In this document: positions 13,701-26,372 of the stretch, piece by piece
Numbering within the stretch: the first letter of the stretch is position 1
Layout of the letters: every line of letters starts with the position of its first letter
Source: Eutreptiella sp. 'Long Island Sound 2002'
Taxonomy: Eukaryota > Protista > Euglenida
Length of the DNA: 64,000 nt
NCBI GenBank assembly: GCA_964036045.1
Contig: OZ038378.1
Coordinates: forward strand, 77,810,001-77,874,000
Direction of reading: 5' to 3'
The notes under the pieces: generated by a model
Databases searched by the model: none
Told to the model about the DNA's origin: nothing
The model's input: only the letters and a program-made list of their open reading frames with translations
Made by a program: the position numbers and the translations under genes

Positions 13701-14099
13701 ATGCAAATTTACGCTGAGCCACATCGCTGTGACATGGTGGATCGCTAAATCCTGTTGCAACGTGCTCTTCTCTATGGCTCCCGTGCACACAGGCACTAAG
13801 ACTGAAGTGGTTCGCATCTGGAAGAAGTGTAGTCACCGTCTGGCAAATTTTGGTGCATGGCAAGGGAGCTAGGAGTACAGCGAGAGCATGCCGGGGCCAC
13901 CGCTCCGGGCGCTGTTGCAAGTACGTCCGTGGGTCACCGATCGAGAATCAGCGGAAACACATTGTAGACTGCTTGTGAGACCAGTGTTGAACTCGGCTGT
14001 TGAGCTGTCTGGTGGCGAGGTGGCAAAGGTCCATCTCGGCCAGGGATCAGAATCCGGAGAAATTTGAGCGTACAATGGATCGGTGACCGCAGTGCCCAA

Positions 14100-14992
14100 T
14101 GAGATCAAAATGCTGAGGTACTATCTCGTCATTGTTGAAGTCCGCGGCGAGGAGGGTGGCTCCCTGGTGCGTTGATTGTGTGTGTGTTGTCTCAACGGGT
14201 ACTTAGCGCCTTTCATGGACACCATGGGTATTTGGTCGACGTGGAACAGCACTTACGTTCGCAATCGGAAGAGTTGTGCCCAACAGCTTTGCGCATGGCT
14301 GTCTACCATCTGGCATGCCGAGAAGAGCCGTATCTTTTCGAGCAGTCAACCCTGCTGCTTGTGAAGACCCATGGGCTGGGCCCTGCACTGCCGCACTGCC
14401 TCACCCAAAAGTCGTTCAGTGATGGTCTGTGGCTGGGCCCGGCTATCCTATGGTGGTTGGTGAATTTGCTGGAGGACCCCAACGACCACTCGGACGACAT
14501 GCACATGGATGTTGATGCATCCCGCTGCCTGTGGGCACTGTACTACGGCCGCTGCCCCGACATGATCAGTCTGGGCTGTATTCACTTGCCTGTCCCGTTG
14601 AATTGTCCATGGGGCGTATTATCTAAGGTCCCTATAATGCAGCTCATGTGGTGAACCTGCTGAGGACATGGGGGAGGATGTTGAGTGGCGGAGTGTCATG
14701 CACTGGGCAAGCACAGGCCAGCCGGTGTTCGACCAGCACAAGTCCCGTGACTAGGCAGCTGACGCGGACACTAGTGAGTCAGAAGTTGAGGAGATGCCGG
14801 ATCCGCAAACTCCCACCCAAAGGGGAGAACTGATACGGTGGACGTGGCACGAGAAGGCTGAGCGCGAATTGCGCAAGCACGAGAAGGCACAGGACCTGCA
14901 ACGTAAAGATGAGGAGAAGAAGAAGGAGAAAAAGGCCAAAGAGGACGAGCCAAGAAATCGCAAGAGGAAAGAAGAGGAGGATAAATTGGCAA
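14100..14992 (+). pseudogene. Decayed ORF of unknown function ending in a Lys/Glu-rich charged segment
   Basis: ORF 14172-14654 is followed by 14794 onward (ERELRKHEKAQDLQRKDEEKKKEKKAKEDE); composition changes abruptly at 14993, where an inverted-repeat arm starts. Confidence 0.3.
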
Positions 14993-15176
14993 CACATGTC
15001 ACTGTAGTGCTCGTCCTACACAATTTTCATACCATGCTTTCTTGCCTCCGTAGGTTTGAAAATCACTTGTGTACCGCAGGTGCATTTGCACACGTTAAAA
15101 ACCTGTCATTATGCATGCTTGTTGCCGAGTACCTGCACCTGTAGGTTTCTGGACATTGCCTGCCATAATTCCGATG

Positions 15177-15636
15177 AAATTACCCGCAGTTCGTGTAGAC
15201 TTTGCCTTCAGGATGACCGGTCAAATGTGCCTGTAAAATTACCCGCAGTTCGTGTAGGCTTTGCCTTCAGGAAGACCCGTCAAATGTGCCTGTAAAATTA
15301 CCTGCAGCTCGTGTAGGCCTTGCCTTCAAGAAGATCTGTCAAATTTGCCTGTACAGTTACCCGCAGTTCGTATAGGCTTTGCCTTAAGGATGACCCGTCA
15401 AATTTGCCTTTAAACTTATCCGCAGTTCATGTAAGCTTTGCCTTCAGGATGACTCGTCAAATGTGCCCGTAAAATTACCCGCAGCTCATGTAGGCTTTGC
15501 TTTCAGGATGACCCGTCAAATGTGCCTCTAAGATTACCCGCAGTTCGTGTAGGCTTTGCCTTTAGGATGACCCGTCAAATGTGCTTGTAAAATTACCCCC
15601 AGTTCGTGTAGGCTTTGCCTTCAGGATGACCCGTGA
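15177..15636 (+). repeat. 59-bp tandem repeat, about 8 copies
   Basis: Consensus aaaattacccgcagttcgtgtaggctttgccttcaggatgacccgtcaaatgtgcctgt; tacc.gcag at 15181, 15240, 15299 and onward. Confidence 0.95.
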
Positions 15637-15729
15637 AATTGGATTTGACAAAACGTTGTGAACCGGCTGATGCCACTGCCACCTAGAACAGTGCCCGCGA
15701 AGTAGGTAAATTGCTACTTGGAGGACAGC

Positions 15730-16120
15730 ATGGCCATAAAAAATGAAGGTATTTTGTTCCGACCGGCATGCCCCGTTTTTCGAAAGCAAGTGCGTCACCA
15801 CTCATACTCATGCACGGGGGTTTCTATCTCCTGCGTGGGTCCAAATTGAAAACATAGCGAAAACATGATACCCCCGCCCCTCCCCCCCAACTCCCAAAGG
15901 TGGTGACGCACGATGTACTGCCACTTCTTGCATGGCAGGTTTTTTTGTTTTTTTGGCAGGCCGCCGCACCCACCCCCACCCTTTCCCCTGCAATTGGAGT
16001 CCATGGACTCACGGCGGCGCGACTAACCCCTGGAATGCCCGTGGGGATGAGCGATGCAGGGATTTAGGTGACCTCTCCGGGGCATGGTCGACAGTCGCGT
16101 TTTCATGGAAAAAATAACGA
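15730..16120 (+). repeat. Dispersed repeat of about 350-400 bp (other copy at about 38510-38850)
   Basis: Shared agcatggc...ccggcatgcccc.ttttt..aaa...a..gcgtcaccact and ggcgcgactaacccctgg.a.gcc.gtgggg.tgagcga...ccggggcatggtcgacag.cgc. Confidence 0.85.
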
Positions 16121-16289
16121 CCCACCTGTTCTAATTTCTGGGTGATCTAGTGTTTTGCTTTTTGTGCCTTTGTTGGGAACAGTGCATCATTACTGGCACA
16201 GGTAGCCGCTCATATGAACCAGTGGCAGATCAGGTCTGAGAACGTTGGGAGGTTTTCTTGGAGTCTTGGTTGGCCCTCTTTTGGGGATC

Positions 16290-16935
16290 ATTTCTGATTG
16301 TGCCCCCCGCTCTGAAGCGGTGGGGATCCCCGAGGTGGTAGGGGTTATGTAGCCACCTCGCCCACAAGTGGGCCACTTCTGATTTTGTCCCTTGCTCTGA
16401 AGCGGCGGGGATTCTTGAGGTGGCAGGGTTTACGTAGCCACCTTGCCCACAAGTGGGCCCCCTCTGATTGTGCCCCCCACTTTGAAGCGGTGGGGATCTC
16501 CGAGACGGCAGGAGTTACGTAGCGACCTTGTCCACAAGTGGGCCAATTCTGATTGTGCCCCCCGCTCTAAAGCGGTGGGGATCCCCGAGGCGGCGGGGGT
16601 TACGTAGCCATCTTGCCCACAAGTGGGCCACTTCTGATTTTGTCCCCCGCTCTGCAGTGGAGGGGATTCCCGAGGGCAAAGGGTTACGTAGCCACCTTGC
16701 CTACAAGTGGGCCACTTCTGATTTTGTCCCCTGCTCTGCAGTGGAGGGGATTCCCGAGGCGGCAAGGGTTACGTAGCCACCTTGCCTACACGTGGGCCAC
16801 TTCTGATTTTGTCCCCCGCTCTGCAGTGGAGGGGATTCCCGAGGCGGCAAGGGTTACGTAGCCACCTTGCCTACAAGTGGGCCACTTCCGATTTTGTCGC
16901 CCGCTCTGCAGTGGAGGGAATTCCCGAGGCGGCGC
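16290..16935 (+). repeat. 85-bp tandem repeat, about 7.5 copies
   Basis: aagtggg(cc) at 16366, 16451, 16536, 16621, 16705, 16790 (variant) and 16875. Confidence 0.95.
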
Positions 16936-19368
16936 GTTTGGGCTGTAGAGAACCATTGCATCCAATGTGCGGACCATCAGGCCATCGGTCAAAACAAGGT
17001 TTGGAGTGTAGAGAACCATTGTATCTAGTGTGCGGACCATCACGCCACTCGTCAAGACAAGGTTTGGGGTGTAGCGAACCATTGCATCCAGTGTGCGGAC
17101 CGTCAAGCCACTCGTCAAAACAAGGTTTGGGCTTTAGTGAACCATTGTATCCAGTGTTGGGACCATCAGGCCACTCGTCACAACATGGTTTGGGGTGTAG
17201 TGAACCATTGTATCCAGTGTGCGCACCATCAGGCCACTCGACAAAACCAGGTTTGGGCTGTAGTGAACCATTGCGTCCCGTGTGCGGACCATCAAGCCAC
17301 TCGTCAAAACAAGGATTGGGGTGTAGTGAACCATTGTATCTAGTGTGCGGACGAACGGGCCACTCGTCAAAACAAGGTTCGGGGTGTAGAGAACCATTGT
17401 ATCTAGTGTGCGGACCATCAGGCCACTCGTCAAAACAAGGTTTGGGGTGTAGACAACCATTGCATCAAGTGTGCGAAGCATCAGGTCACTCGTCAAAACA
17501 AGGTTTGGGGTGTAGAGAACCATTGTATCTAGTGTGCGGACCATCAGGCCACTCGTCAAAACAAGGTTTGGGGTGTAGACAACCATTGCATCAAGTGTGC
17601 GAAGCATCAGGCCACTCGTCACAACAAGGTTTGGGGTGTAGAGAACCATTGCATCCAGTGTGCGGACCATTAGGCCACTCATCAAAACAAGGCTTGGGGT
17701 GTAGAGAACCATTGCATCTAGTGTGCGGACCATGAGGCCACTCGTCAAAACAAGGTTGGGGGTGTAGAGAACCATTGCATCCAGTGTGCGGACGAACATG
17801 CTACTTGTCGAAACAAGGTTTGGGGTGTAGAGAACCATTGCATCCCGTGTGCGGACCATGAGGCCACTCGTCAAAACAAGGTTTGGGGTGTAGCAAACCA
17901 TTGCATCCAGTGTCCGGACCATCAAGCCACTCGTCAAAACAAGGTTTGGGGTGTAGAGCACCATTGCATCCCGTCTGCGGACCATCAGGCCACTCGTCAA
18001 AACAAGGTTTGGGGTGTAGAGAACCATTGCATTCACTGTGCGGACCATCAGGCCACTCGTTACAACAAGGTTTGGGGTGTAGAGCACCATTGCATCCCGT
18101 GTGCAGACCATCAGGCCACTCGTCAAAACAAGGTTTGGGCTGTAGAGAACCATTGCATCCACTGTGCCGACCATCAAGCCACTCATGAAAACAAGGTTTG
18201 GGGTGTAGAGAACCATTGCATCCCGTCTGCGGACCATCAGGCCACTCGTCAAAACAAGGTTTGGGGTGTAGAGAACCATTGCATCCAGTGTGCGGACCAT
18301 CAGGCCACTCGTCAAAACAACGTTTGGGGTGTAGTGAACCATTGCATCTAGTGTGCGCACCCTCAGGCCACTCGTCAACACAAGGTTTGGCCTATAGTGA
18401 ACCGTTGCATCCAGTGTGCGGACCAACAGGCCACTCGTCAAAGCAAGGTGTGGGGTGTAGAGAACCATTGCATCCACTGTGCCGACCATCAAGCCACTCA
18501 TCAAAACAAGGTTTGGGGTGTAGAGAACCGTTGCATCCCGTGTGCGGACCATCAGGCCACTCATCAAAACAGGGTTTTGGGGTGTAGAGAACCGTTGCAT
18601 CTAGTGTGCGGACCATCAGGCTACTCGTCAAATTAAGGTTCGGGGTGTAGAGAACCATTGCATCCGGTGTGCGGGACATCATGCCACTCGTCAAAACAAG
18701 GTTTGGGGTGTAGAGAACCATTGCATCTAGTGTGCGGACCATCAAGCCACTCGTCGAAACAAGGTTCGGGGTGTAGAGAACCATTGCATTCAGTGTGCGG
18801 ACGAACGGGGCACTCGTCAAAACAAGGCTTGGGGTGTAGTGAACCATTGCATCCAGTGTGCGGACCATCCGGCCACTCGTCAACATAAGGTTTGGCCTAT
18901 AGTGAACCATTGCATCCAGTGTGCGGGACATCACGCCACTCGTCAAAACAAGGGTCGGGGTGTAGAGAAGCATTGCATCCCGTCTGCGGACCATCAGGCC
19001 ACTCGTCAAAACAAGGTTTGGGGTGTAGAAAACCATTGTATCTAGTGTGCGGACCATCAAGCCACTCGTCAAAACAAGGTTCGTGGTGTAGAGAACCATT
19101 GCATCCAGTGTGCGGACCATCAGGCCACTCGTCAACATAAGGTTTGGCCTATAGTGAACCATTGCATCCAGTGTGCGGACCATCAGGCCACTCGTCAAAA
19201 CAAGGTTCGGGGTGTAGAGAAGCATTGCATCCCGTCTGCGGACCATCAGGCCACTCGTCAAAACAAGGTTTGGGCTGTAGAGAACCGTTGCATCCAGCGT
19301 GCGGACCATTAGGCCACTCGTTCAAAACAAGATTTGGGGTGTAGAGAACCATAGCATCCAATGTGCAG
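16936..19368 (+). repeat. 63-bp tandem satellite, about 38 copies
   Basis: Consensus tttggggtgtagagaaccattgcatccagtgtgcggaccatcaggccactcgtcaaaacaagg; there are no unique spacers. It accounts for the 21-aa periodic ORFs in the ORF track. Confidence 0.97.
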
Positions 19369-19625
19369 TCCACAACAGCATATTTGTTTTGTTGCATGCT
19401 GGAGGTAGGGCCGCCGCTAGGACCCTCCCCTTTCGGTGTGTGGTACCCACGGCCACACATACCCAACCCGATGTGACCCTGATGCCAATCGGGGGCGGTG
19501 CGAACTGTCGGATAACACTTGGGCCGCATACTCAACTGTTCGGAGGTGCCCGGCACCCTTGTTTCTTTTTTTTGTTGTTTTTTCAGACAGTATTGGACTG
19601 TGCTACATGTTTTCTCGGTTTGCGG

Positions 19626-19847
19626 GCAGTTCGTGTAGGCTTTGCCTTCAGGATGACCCGTCAAATGTGCCTGTAAAATTACCCGCACTTCGTGTAGGCT
19701 TTGCCTTCAGGATTACCCGTCAAATGTGCCTGTAAAATTACCCGCACTTCGTGTAGGCTTTGCCTTCAGGATGTCCCGTCAAATGTGCATGTAAAATTAC
19801 CCGCAGTTCGTGTAGGCTTTGCCTTCAGGATGACCCGTCAAATGTGC
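19626..19847 (+). repeat. 59-bp tandem repeat, about 4 copies (same family and orientation as 15177-15636)
   Basis: gcagttcgtgtaggctttgccttcaggatgacccgtcaaatgtgc units. Confidence 0.95.
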
Positions 19848-22194
19848 AGAAACATTTGGCCCAACACATTCGGGGGAAAACGACATGCAATTTTTGCAGG
19901 TAATTTTCAAAATGTTGTAGGTAAATTTCCTGGTTTTAATGTACCCAAATATGTAGGATGAAGGACGAGCACCACGGTAACATGTGACGGCAGCCGTTGT
20001 GGCATCCCCGTCGCAGAAAAAAAGGGCAGTTGAGGGCCTCCGGGCCACCCTACCGCGTGGTGTGTGGGTTGGCTTATCCAAGAGCAACGGCAAGAGCCAC
20101 GGCAAGTGACCAGAGGCCCCACATACCGCTGGATCATGACTGTCCCCAAACCATACCGGACATACAACCACGGGCACAACCTGTGTGACTCTGCTGCAGT
20201 TAATAGCGCCTGATGTGACTAGTCCTGTCTTGTGCAGTCCCAAACAGCTGTGGGACAGTGAATGAAGCCTAGCGTGCCAGATTTGCTTGATTTTGCCCCC
20301 GAATATGACGAAGTTTGCATGCTGTTTCAGGCCAATTTGCATGGCACCTAGTTCGTCACAGTCTTGCTTTCATGTCAACACTGTAGTGTTGTCCTTGTGT
20401 GAAGTTGGTTGTATCGGCACAACATTGTGCTATCGCATTTCTTTTGGTACTTCCCTCGTTGACACAGTGTATGAACTGTCGAGTTTCTTCACATTTTTGG
20501 TGCATGTACGGTGCAAGGTTTGTGTCTTTGAGCCCTAGATCCTCTGAGTATTTGCTATTGTTTTACCAGTCCATGCACAGCAAAGTCCAGATGCCATATG
20601 CACCCTTGATTGGGTCCTGACATGTTCTCTTACTTGTTCCCCGGCCCTGCAGAGCTGTGGCGAATGTGTTTTTCATTTTGAGTTCACCATAGTCCAATCT
20701 GGAGTGTTTATTTTGGGCACAAGTTCGCTTTTTTTCCCTAAGCCACCTTACATTTTGCCCTGTCATGTATGCCCCAATTTCATTGATCCGTCTGGCCAGT
20801 GTTTTTTGATTTCTCCGGCGGTTGACAGTGCGTATGTTGGGCAGTGCTTTGACACTGTACACTGTGCAATGATTCATTTTTCGGTGCCATTTGTGACCCG
20901 TTTTCGTTGGTGTCAACCATTTATGGATAACTCCACATTTGCTCGGGATTTAGAAGGGGGAACAGTTTTTGTGTGTCCAGGTGTTCGTACCTGCTCCTGA
21001 ACCACATCTGGGGACACATTAGTCTACAGTCAGTACAACACCCAATTCGGGACCTCCCACAGCGCACGTATAGGTTTTTACAATTTGTGTGCTTTGCTTT
21101 TTGTGTGCTTTTGCTTTTCCTTTTGCGTCAACTAGTGTGTACGCAGCTTCCATGCCTTGTCTATGACTGGTGCTCTGGTGGTCTGTCGCTTATGTGCGGA
21201 CTGGAATTTCGGAGGGGGGGGGCATACAGTGCGATGCTTATGGCATCCATTACCACACTGGTGGTCGGGTTTGTTTATCATTACGTAATTCGTGTGTGCT
21301 TTCTGTTGTTTCTACTAAGCTTGCCTCTGCAGAGCCCAGCCAGTAGGAATTGCCTGCTTCAAGACTTGTTACTATATGTTTGCCTGTACATTGTTGTGTT
21401 GGTGTACAACCCTATATTATTACCCTTGTTGTTAGTGAATTTCCTATTTCTGGGCTTTGAAGAGCCCAGCCTTTTCGAAAATGCTACTTTGCACCCTCTT
21501 TTCATACACGTGCTGTTCTTGTTGTTATAGGGTACACCTTCTTCACAGGCGGTCCAGGTAAGGTCATCATTGCCGTCACAATACTACGACTGCTAAGAGA
21601 ACCACCACACCTGCTGTTGACAAATGCATGCCCCATTTGTGATATTAGAATGTGAAACATAGTTTTATGGCGGCGCTGGTCCATTTTCCGTATTTCAGAC
21701 CTCCAAAATGGGAAAAAAAGTGGCTACGCTCTTATGCTGTAAGGGCCCAAAATGGTGCCTTTTTGCTACTTCGCACCCCCAAATTGTGTGTCGTTGCTCC
21801 TCCCTAGACACCTTGGTTGGGAACCAGCCCTCCATTACGCTTGGCTATGCAGCAAAGAGGCTAGGCTCTGTGCACGACATGAATTTTTGTTGAAAAAATG
21901 ATAGGGGGCACTATGGGCCTCGTAAGCACCATATTCTAAGCAGTTGAGCTGAATTTTGATTTGTGTCGGATTTTATTTGATTTGTTGTTTCGACTCACCC
22001 TTTGTGGGTGTTGGCACATGGAACTGCCTTTTGTAGGCAACATTTGGTAGTTTTTGTGATGTATGTTTGTGTATTGATTGATGATAAAGAGTTCCTTATG
22101 GTTGGAATTGTATGTCTCTAATGTTATGTATCAATGTGGTATTGTGGCAAATCGGCTTCTTTTTTTTGTTTTGCAATGTGCCATGTGCAGGGTT

Positions 22195-22405
22195 GCAGGG
22201 AGGGATCTAGCCCATGGGGAACATCAGACTAAAAATTGAAAATTCCTGGTACACCAGCACAGGCCATCAAGGGCAAAAATGGGGACACTGGGACCCATGG
22301 GAAACATCAAACTAAAAATTTACCAATCCCGGTTCACCAGCAGAGGCCAGCAAGGGCTAAAATTGAAACACTGGGAACCATGGGAACCATGAGAATTAAA
22401 ATTTA
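22195..22405 (+). repeat. 83-bp repeat, about 3 copies
   Basis: gggacactgggacccatgggaaacatca.actaaaaatt...aattcc.ggtacaccagcagaggcca units; same family as 23670-24145. Confidence 0.85.
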
Positions 22406-23669
22406 TACCCATCAATGTTGCGGCCATTGCATCCGGACCCAAGTGAGTGAACGGCCCATACGTTTTGACATTGCGGTAAGCCAAATGGAACAATCCAAAA
22501 AAGGCATTCCGCACTGGCTGGGCCAGATAACCAACAATGGTTGTGGATACACCGTTCTTTTCGCAGGGTGCCATAGCCACTGTATGCAACCCTCAATTGC
22601 TGTGCTCGAGCACGGTAATCCGCCGGAAACTAGTGGTGCCCAAAATCCATGCTTGGTGTATACCAGCTTGGGGGTATTATTTGCAAGCAACTTAGGAGGC
22701 CTTAATTGCCCAGGGGGGGGGTTTGCCAAATGAAGGCCATTCATGGGGTGAAAAAAATGGTGAATTAGTACCCCCCCCCCCCATTGGACACAGCGCACAA
22801 CGAGTGAGGTCTTTGAGTGAAATCATGCCCCATATTCTCTGTCCACTTTGCCCTTTTTGCCTGCAATTGAGCACACTTGTAAACGAGCCAAAACATGTAT
22901 CTGAATTCAAAGAAACAACAGTAAAGGACAAATTGCATTCTCCACTGAAGGGTTTCTGTTGTGTACACGTGACGATCTGTGAAACAGTACACTGATGCAT
23001 GGCAAAACAGATCCCCTTTTAAGGGAATTTCAATGAGACGCGAAATTTCGCCATATTTGCCGAATTGCAGAATAATGAGGTATAAAATCCTATGAGTCCA
23101 TTGGAAGATGTGCACGTTCGCATCACTGCTTCACATTTTCAATACCATATGGGACAGACGTCAGGTGGCCACTCCGATCCCTCCCTCTGTCGGGCCTCTG
23201 CACTATCGTGCTTCTTGCCCAAGCAAAAATTCTGCTCACCCTCCCCCCATTCCTCCCCCCTCCCCTCACCCCCCCCCCCCCGCATCATGGATGGCGTTTA
23301 TGCTGGGCTGCGAGGACTGCAGAACCGCTGCACCATCCGGGCAGTACCACACGACGCGGGTAATCCATTCCTCCACAGTGAGTCCTGCGCGAAGCATCAC
23401 TTGCTTACACGCAACCAGGATCCCCACCGCCGAACCGTCCTGCAAATCTTGCGAACTCAGGAAAGAGGTGCAGCTTTCGACAATGGAGACCGTCCGCGTG
23501 TACACGAACTCCTACTTATTAGCAGCCCGATCAGTGGAACTTCCGGAGGCTAGAGCGAAGAACGTGGATTCCTTCACGGTCACTCTTTCCCTCATCCGCA
23601 TGGGTGCAGCGATGGCATGCATGATATTCCGGGCGGACTTTCGAGAGTGGTATGCAGGTGCCACGGTTC

Positions 23670-24145
23670 CACTTCGTGGACACCAACAGAGGCTAGCAAG
23701 GTGGAAAATTGGGACACTAGGACCCATGGGAAACACCAGACTAAAAATTTAAAATTCCTGGTAAACCAGCAGAGGCAAGCGAGGGCGAAAATGGGGACAC
23801 TGGGACCCATGGGAAACATGAGACTAAGAATTTAAGATTCCTTGTACACGTGCAGAGGCTAGCAAGGGCAAAAATTGAGACATTCGGAGCCATGGGAAAA
23901 ATCAAAATCAAAATTTTCAATCCGCGGTACACCGCCAGAGGCCAGCAAAAGCAAAAATTCGGACACTGGGACCCATGGCAAGCATCACACTGAAAATTTA
24001 AGAGTCCTAGTACACCACCAGAGGCCATCGAGGGCAAAAATTTGGACACCGGGGACCATGGGAAACATCAAAATTGAAATTTAAAATTCATGGTACACCA
24101 GCAGAGGCCAACAAGGGCAAAAATTGGGACATTGGTACCTATGGC
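23670..24145 (+). repeat. 83-bp repeat, about 6 copies
   Basis: gggacac at 23711 and 23794, with variants near 23877, 23960, 24043 and 24126. Confidence 0.9.
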
Positions 24146-26319
24146 AAGCAGCCGGTTAGATTCCCTCGATTGTTGATACAAAAACAAGGAAAAACACAAT
24201 GAGGTGTTGCCAACAGCAGCAAGTAAAGCAAAAAAAAGAGGGTACATTGGTTCATGGCACCCAGTCACCCTAGCCAACCCCCCCATCCCCCTAGACCCCA
24301 TACCCCCCCACCACCTGAAACCCCCCAAAATGGGCTTTTGGCAGAAACTTGAGCCCAAAAAACAACAAAAAACGGGGAAAAAAACACCTGAAGCGAAAAA
24401 AAAGCAACTTTTTTTATTACCACCCGTCAATCCGTCAACAGCTTTGGTGACGGGCGTTCGTGTGACCCCTGTACACAGTTGCCATGCAGCATCGCAAGGA
24501 AATGGAAAAGAAAAATCACCCTATGCCAACATGGACAAAACAGTTTGAAGCCTTTGAAATCAAACGTGGTACACAATTACCCATCCGAAGACAGCTGGCA
24601 AGGCTTTATCAAGTGTAGGCCACAAGCAGCTCTGTGTCAACCACCAGTGAACGCATGCAACTTGTTTAGGAGCATATTGCGGAGGACCTAGGTGCCCCGC
24701 TGTTGACCCATGTTCAAAATGTGTTCGTAGAAGTGGGAATGCCAGCCAAAGCAGGCTCTATGGTGTGTGGCACATGTTTACAGTCTTACTTGTCGATACC
24801 CATTTGATTTACTTTTATTCCATCACCCGCTTGTCGCACAAGGCCACAGAGTTGAGAGTTAGGCTCCGGAAGCCCCGAGTCACGCCAAATGTTGAGAAAG
24901 CTAATGGTGGGCATATCAGCGTTAAACAGGGGGACACTGTTATTGAGACAGCCACAGGGAAGGTGTCGAAGGAAGAGGGAACACTGGAAGTACTTCCTTT
25001 GTCATATGGCTGCCTAGTCCCCACATTTATTGGTGCACTGCCCTTTGTTTGCTGTTTGATTGAGGTCCCACGTATGTGGACCCTTGCAGTGCACAATATG
25101 TGGCTCAATTTTTGCTGGATGGTGTTCTGCTTGCTCTAACTAGGGAAACTGCAAATGTTGGAGCATGTATTGGTAATCTGAAGGTGGCATGTTTTGAGGA
25201 ATTCTCCCATACCGAGGTTTGTGTTTACAACTTGTCTAAGGCCTCTGCAGTCTACAGCATGGGACAATTTATATTGGCACTCTGCATTTTCCACCGGTTC
25301 AATTCCCGTCTGCCCTGGTATATGTCGTTTACACAGGGTATAGTGTCAAGTCCCTATCGTGTTGAAATTGTTTGTTTTTTCTTATGTCACCTGAATGTAG
25401 TGGAGCAGAACAGCACGTGGATCATGGCAGCCACAAAGCAACCAGATTTCGCCGCGGCATTGTGTGTGCACAGTATGTTCCCAGTTAACTTTGCAAGACA
25501 AATTGTTGCCAGAGGCATTTGCGACTGATCTGAGGGATGGTGTGTTGAATTGCGACTCTGTAGCGCCCATTCACTTGGATAGGGCCTATGATGACCTCGA
25601 AGACGGGTTTCCAACGGATTGTTCTGGAATGAGGTATGTAGAGCAAGAAGAGGAGGCCCCCAAATAAGAGGAAGAGGAAGGTGGCACGCAGAAGCACCCC
25701 CCGGCCAAGGGATCAAGTGCGCGGTGGGGGGGGGGGGGGGGGGACCAACTAAGGCAAAAAAAAAGCAAAGCCCCGTGCCAATGGCACTCCCACGCCATCC
25801 AACCCCTAGCCCATAGCAAGACCCGCGGCCAACAAGGCAATGAGTGCCCTTGCGGCCCATTTCACCCCCTCCCAACAGACTCAGGCATTGAGTGCTGCTA
25901 CTGCTGCTGCCAACCCCGATGTGGATGCCCAACATGCACTACAGGCCAATGCATGGAAGAGTCGAGGTAAGCGTGCCAAGCAGAGGCCTATTCGCTTGCG
26001 CACGAGGCGGTAGATTGTCAGTTTTGCCTGTTCTGGCTTGTTTGATGTATGTATTTGATTTAAATACCCCGCTCTTGCGTCCTGCGCTGTGTATGCGGGT
26101 GTTGTTGCCATTTTCACACGTATTTTTTTCCTGTTCCAATTGAGCTGGTAGAAATTTCATCCACGTTTGTTGTTTTTGAGGAATACATGCTGCATTTTCA
26201 TGGTTTTGCAAGATCTAGCAGAAATTTCGTCTAGGGGTCTCTACATTGGCAAATAGAGACCTCATTTATGATGATTGGATTCCAACGAGTGTCGGTTGAC
26301 GGTTTGTGCGCACTCACAC

Positions 26320-26321
<2 letters not shown>

Positions 26322-26371
<50 letters not shown>
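26322..26371 (+). repeat. (TG)25 microsatellite
   Basis: Uninterrupted TG run of 50 nt. Confidence 0.99.

Positions 26372-26372
<1 letters not shown>

Noticed and set aside
16936-19368. CRISPR-like regularly repeated array
   Set aside because: Units are contiguous 63-bp repeats with no unique spacers, no cas genes are present, and the context is eukaryotic.
21549-21557. 9-nt microexon GCGGTCCAG with good acceptor and donor
   Set aside because: It cannot be placed in any protein frame, and such matches arise by chance without transcript support.
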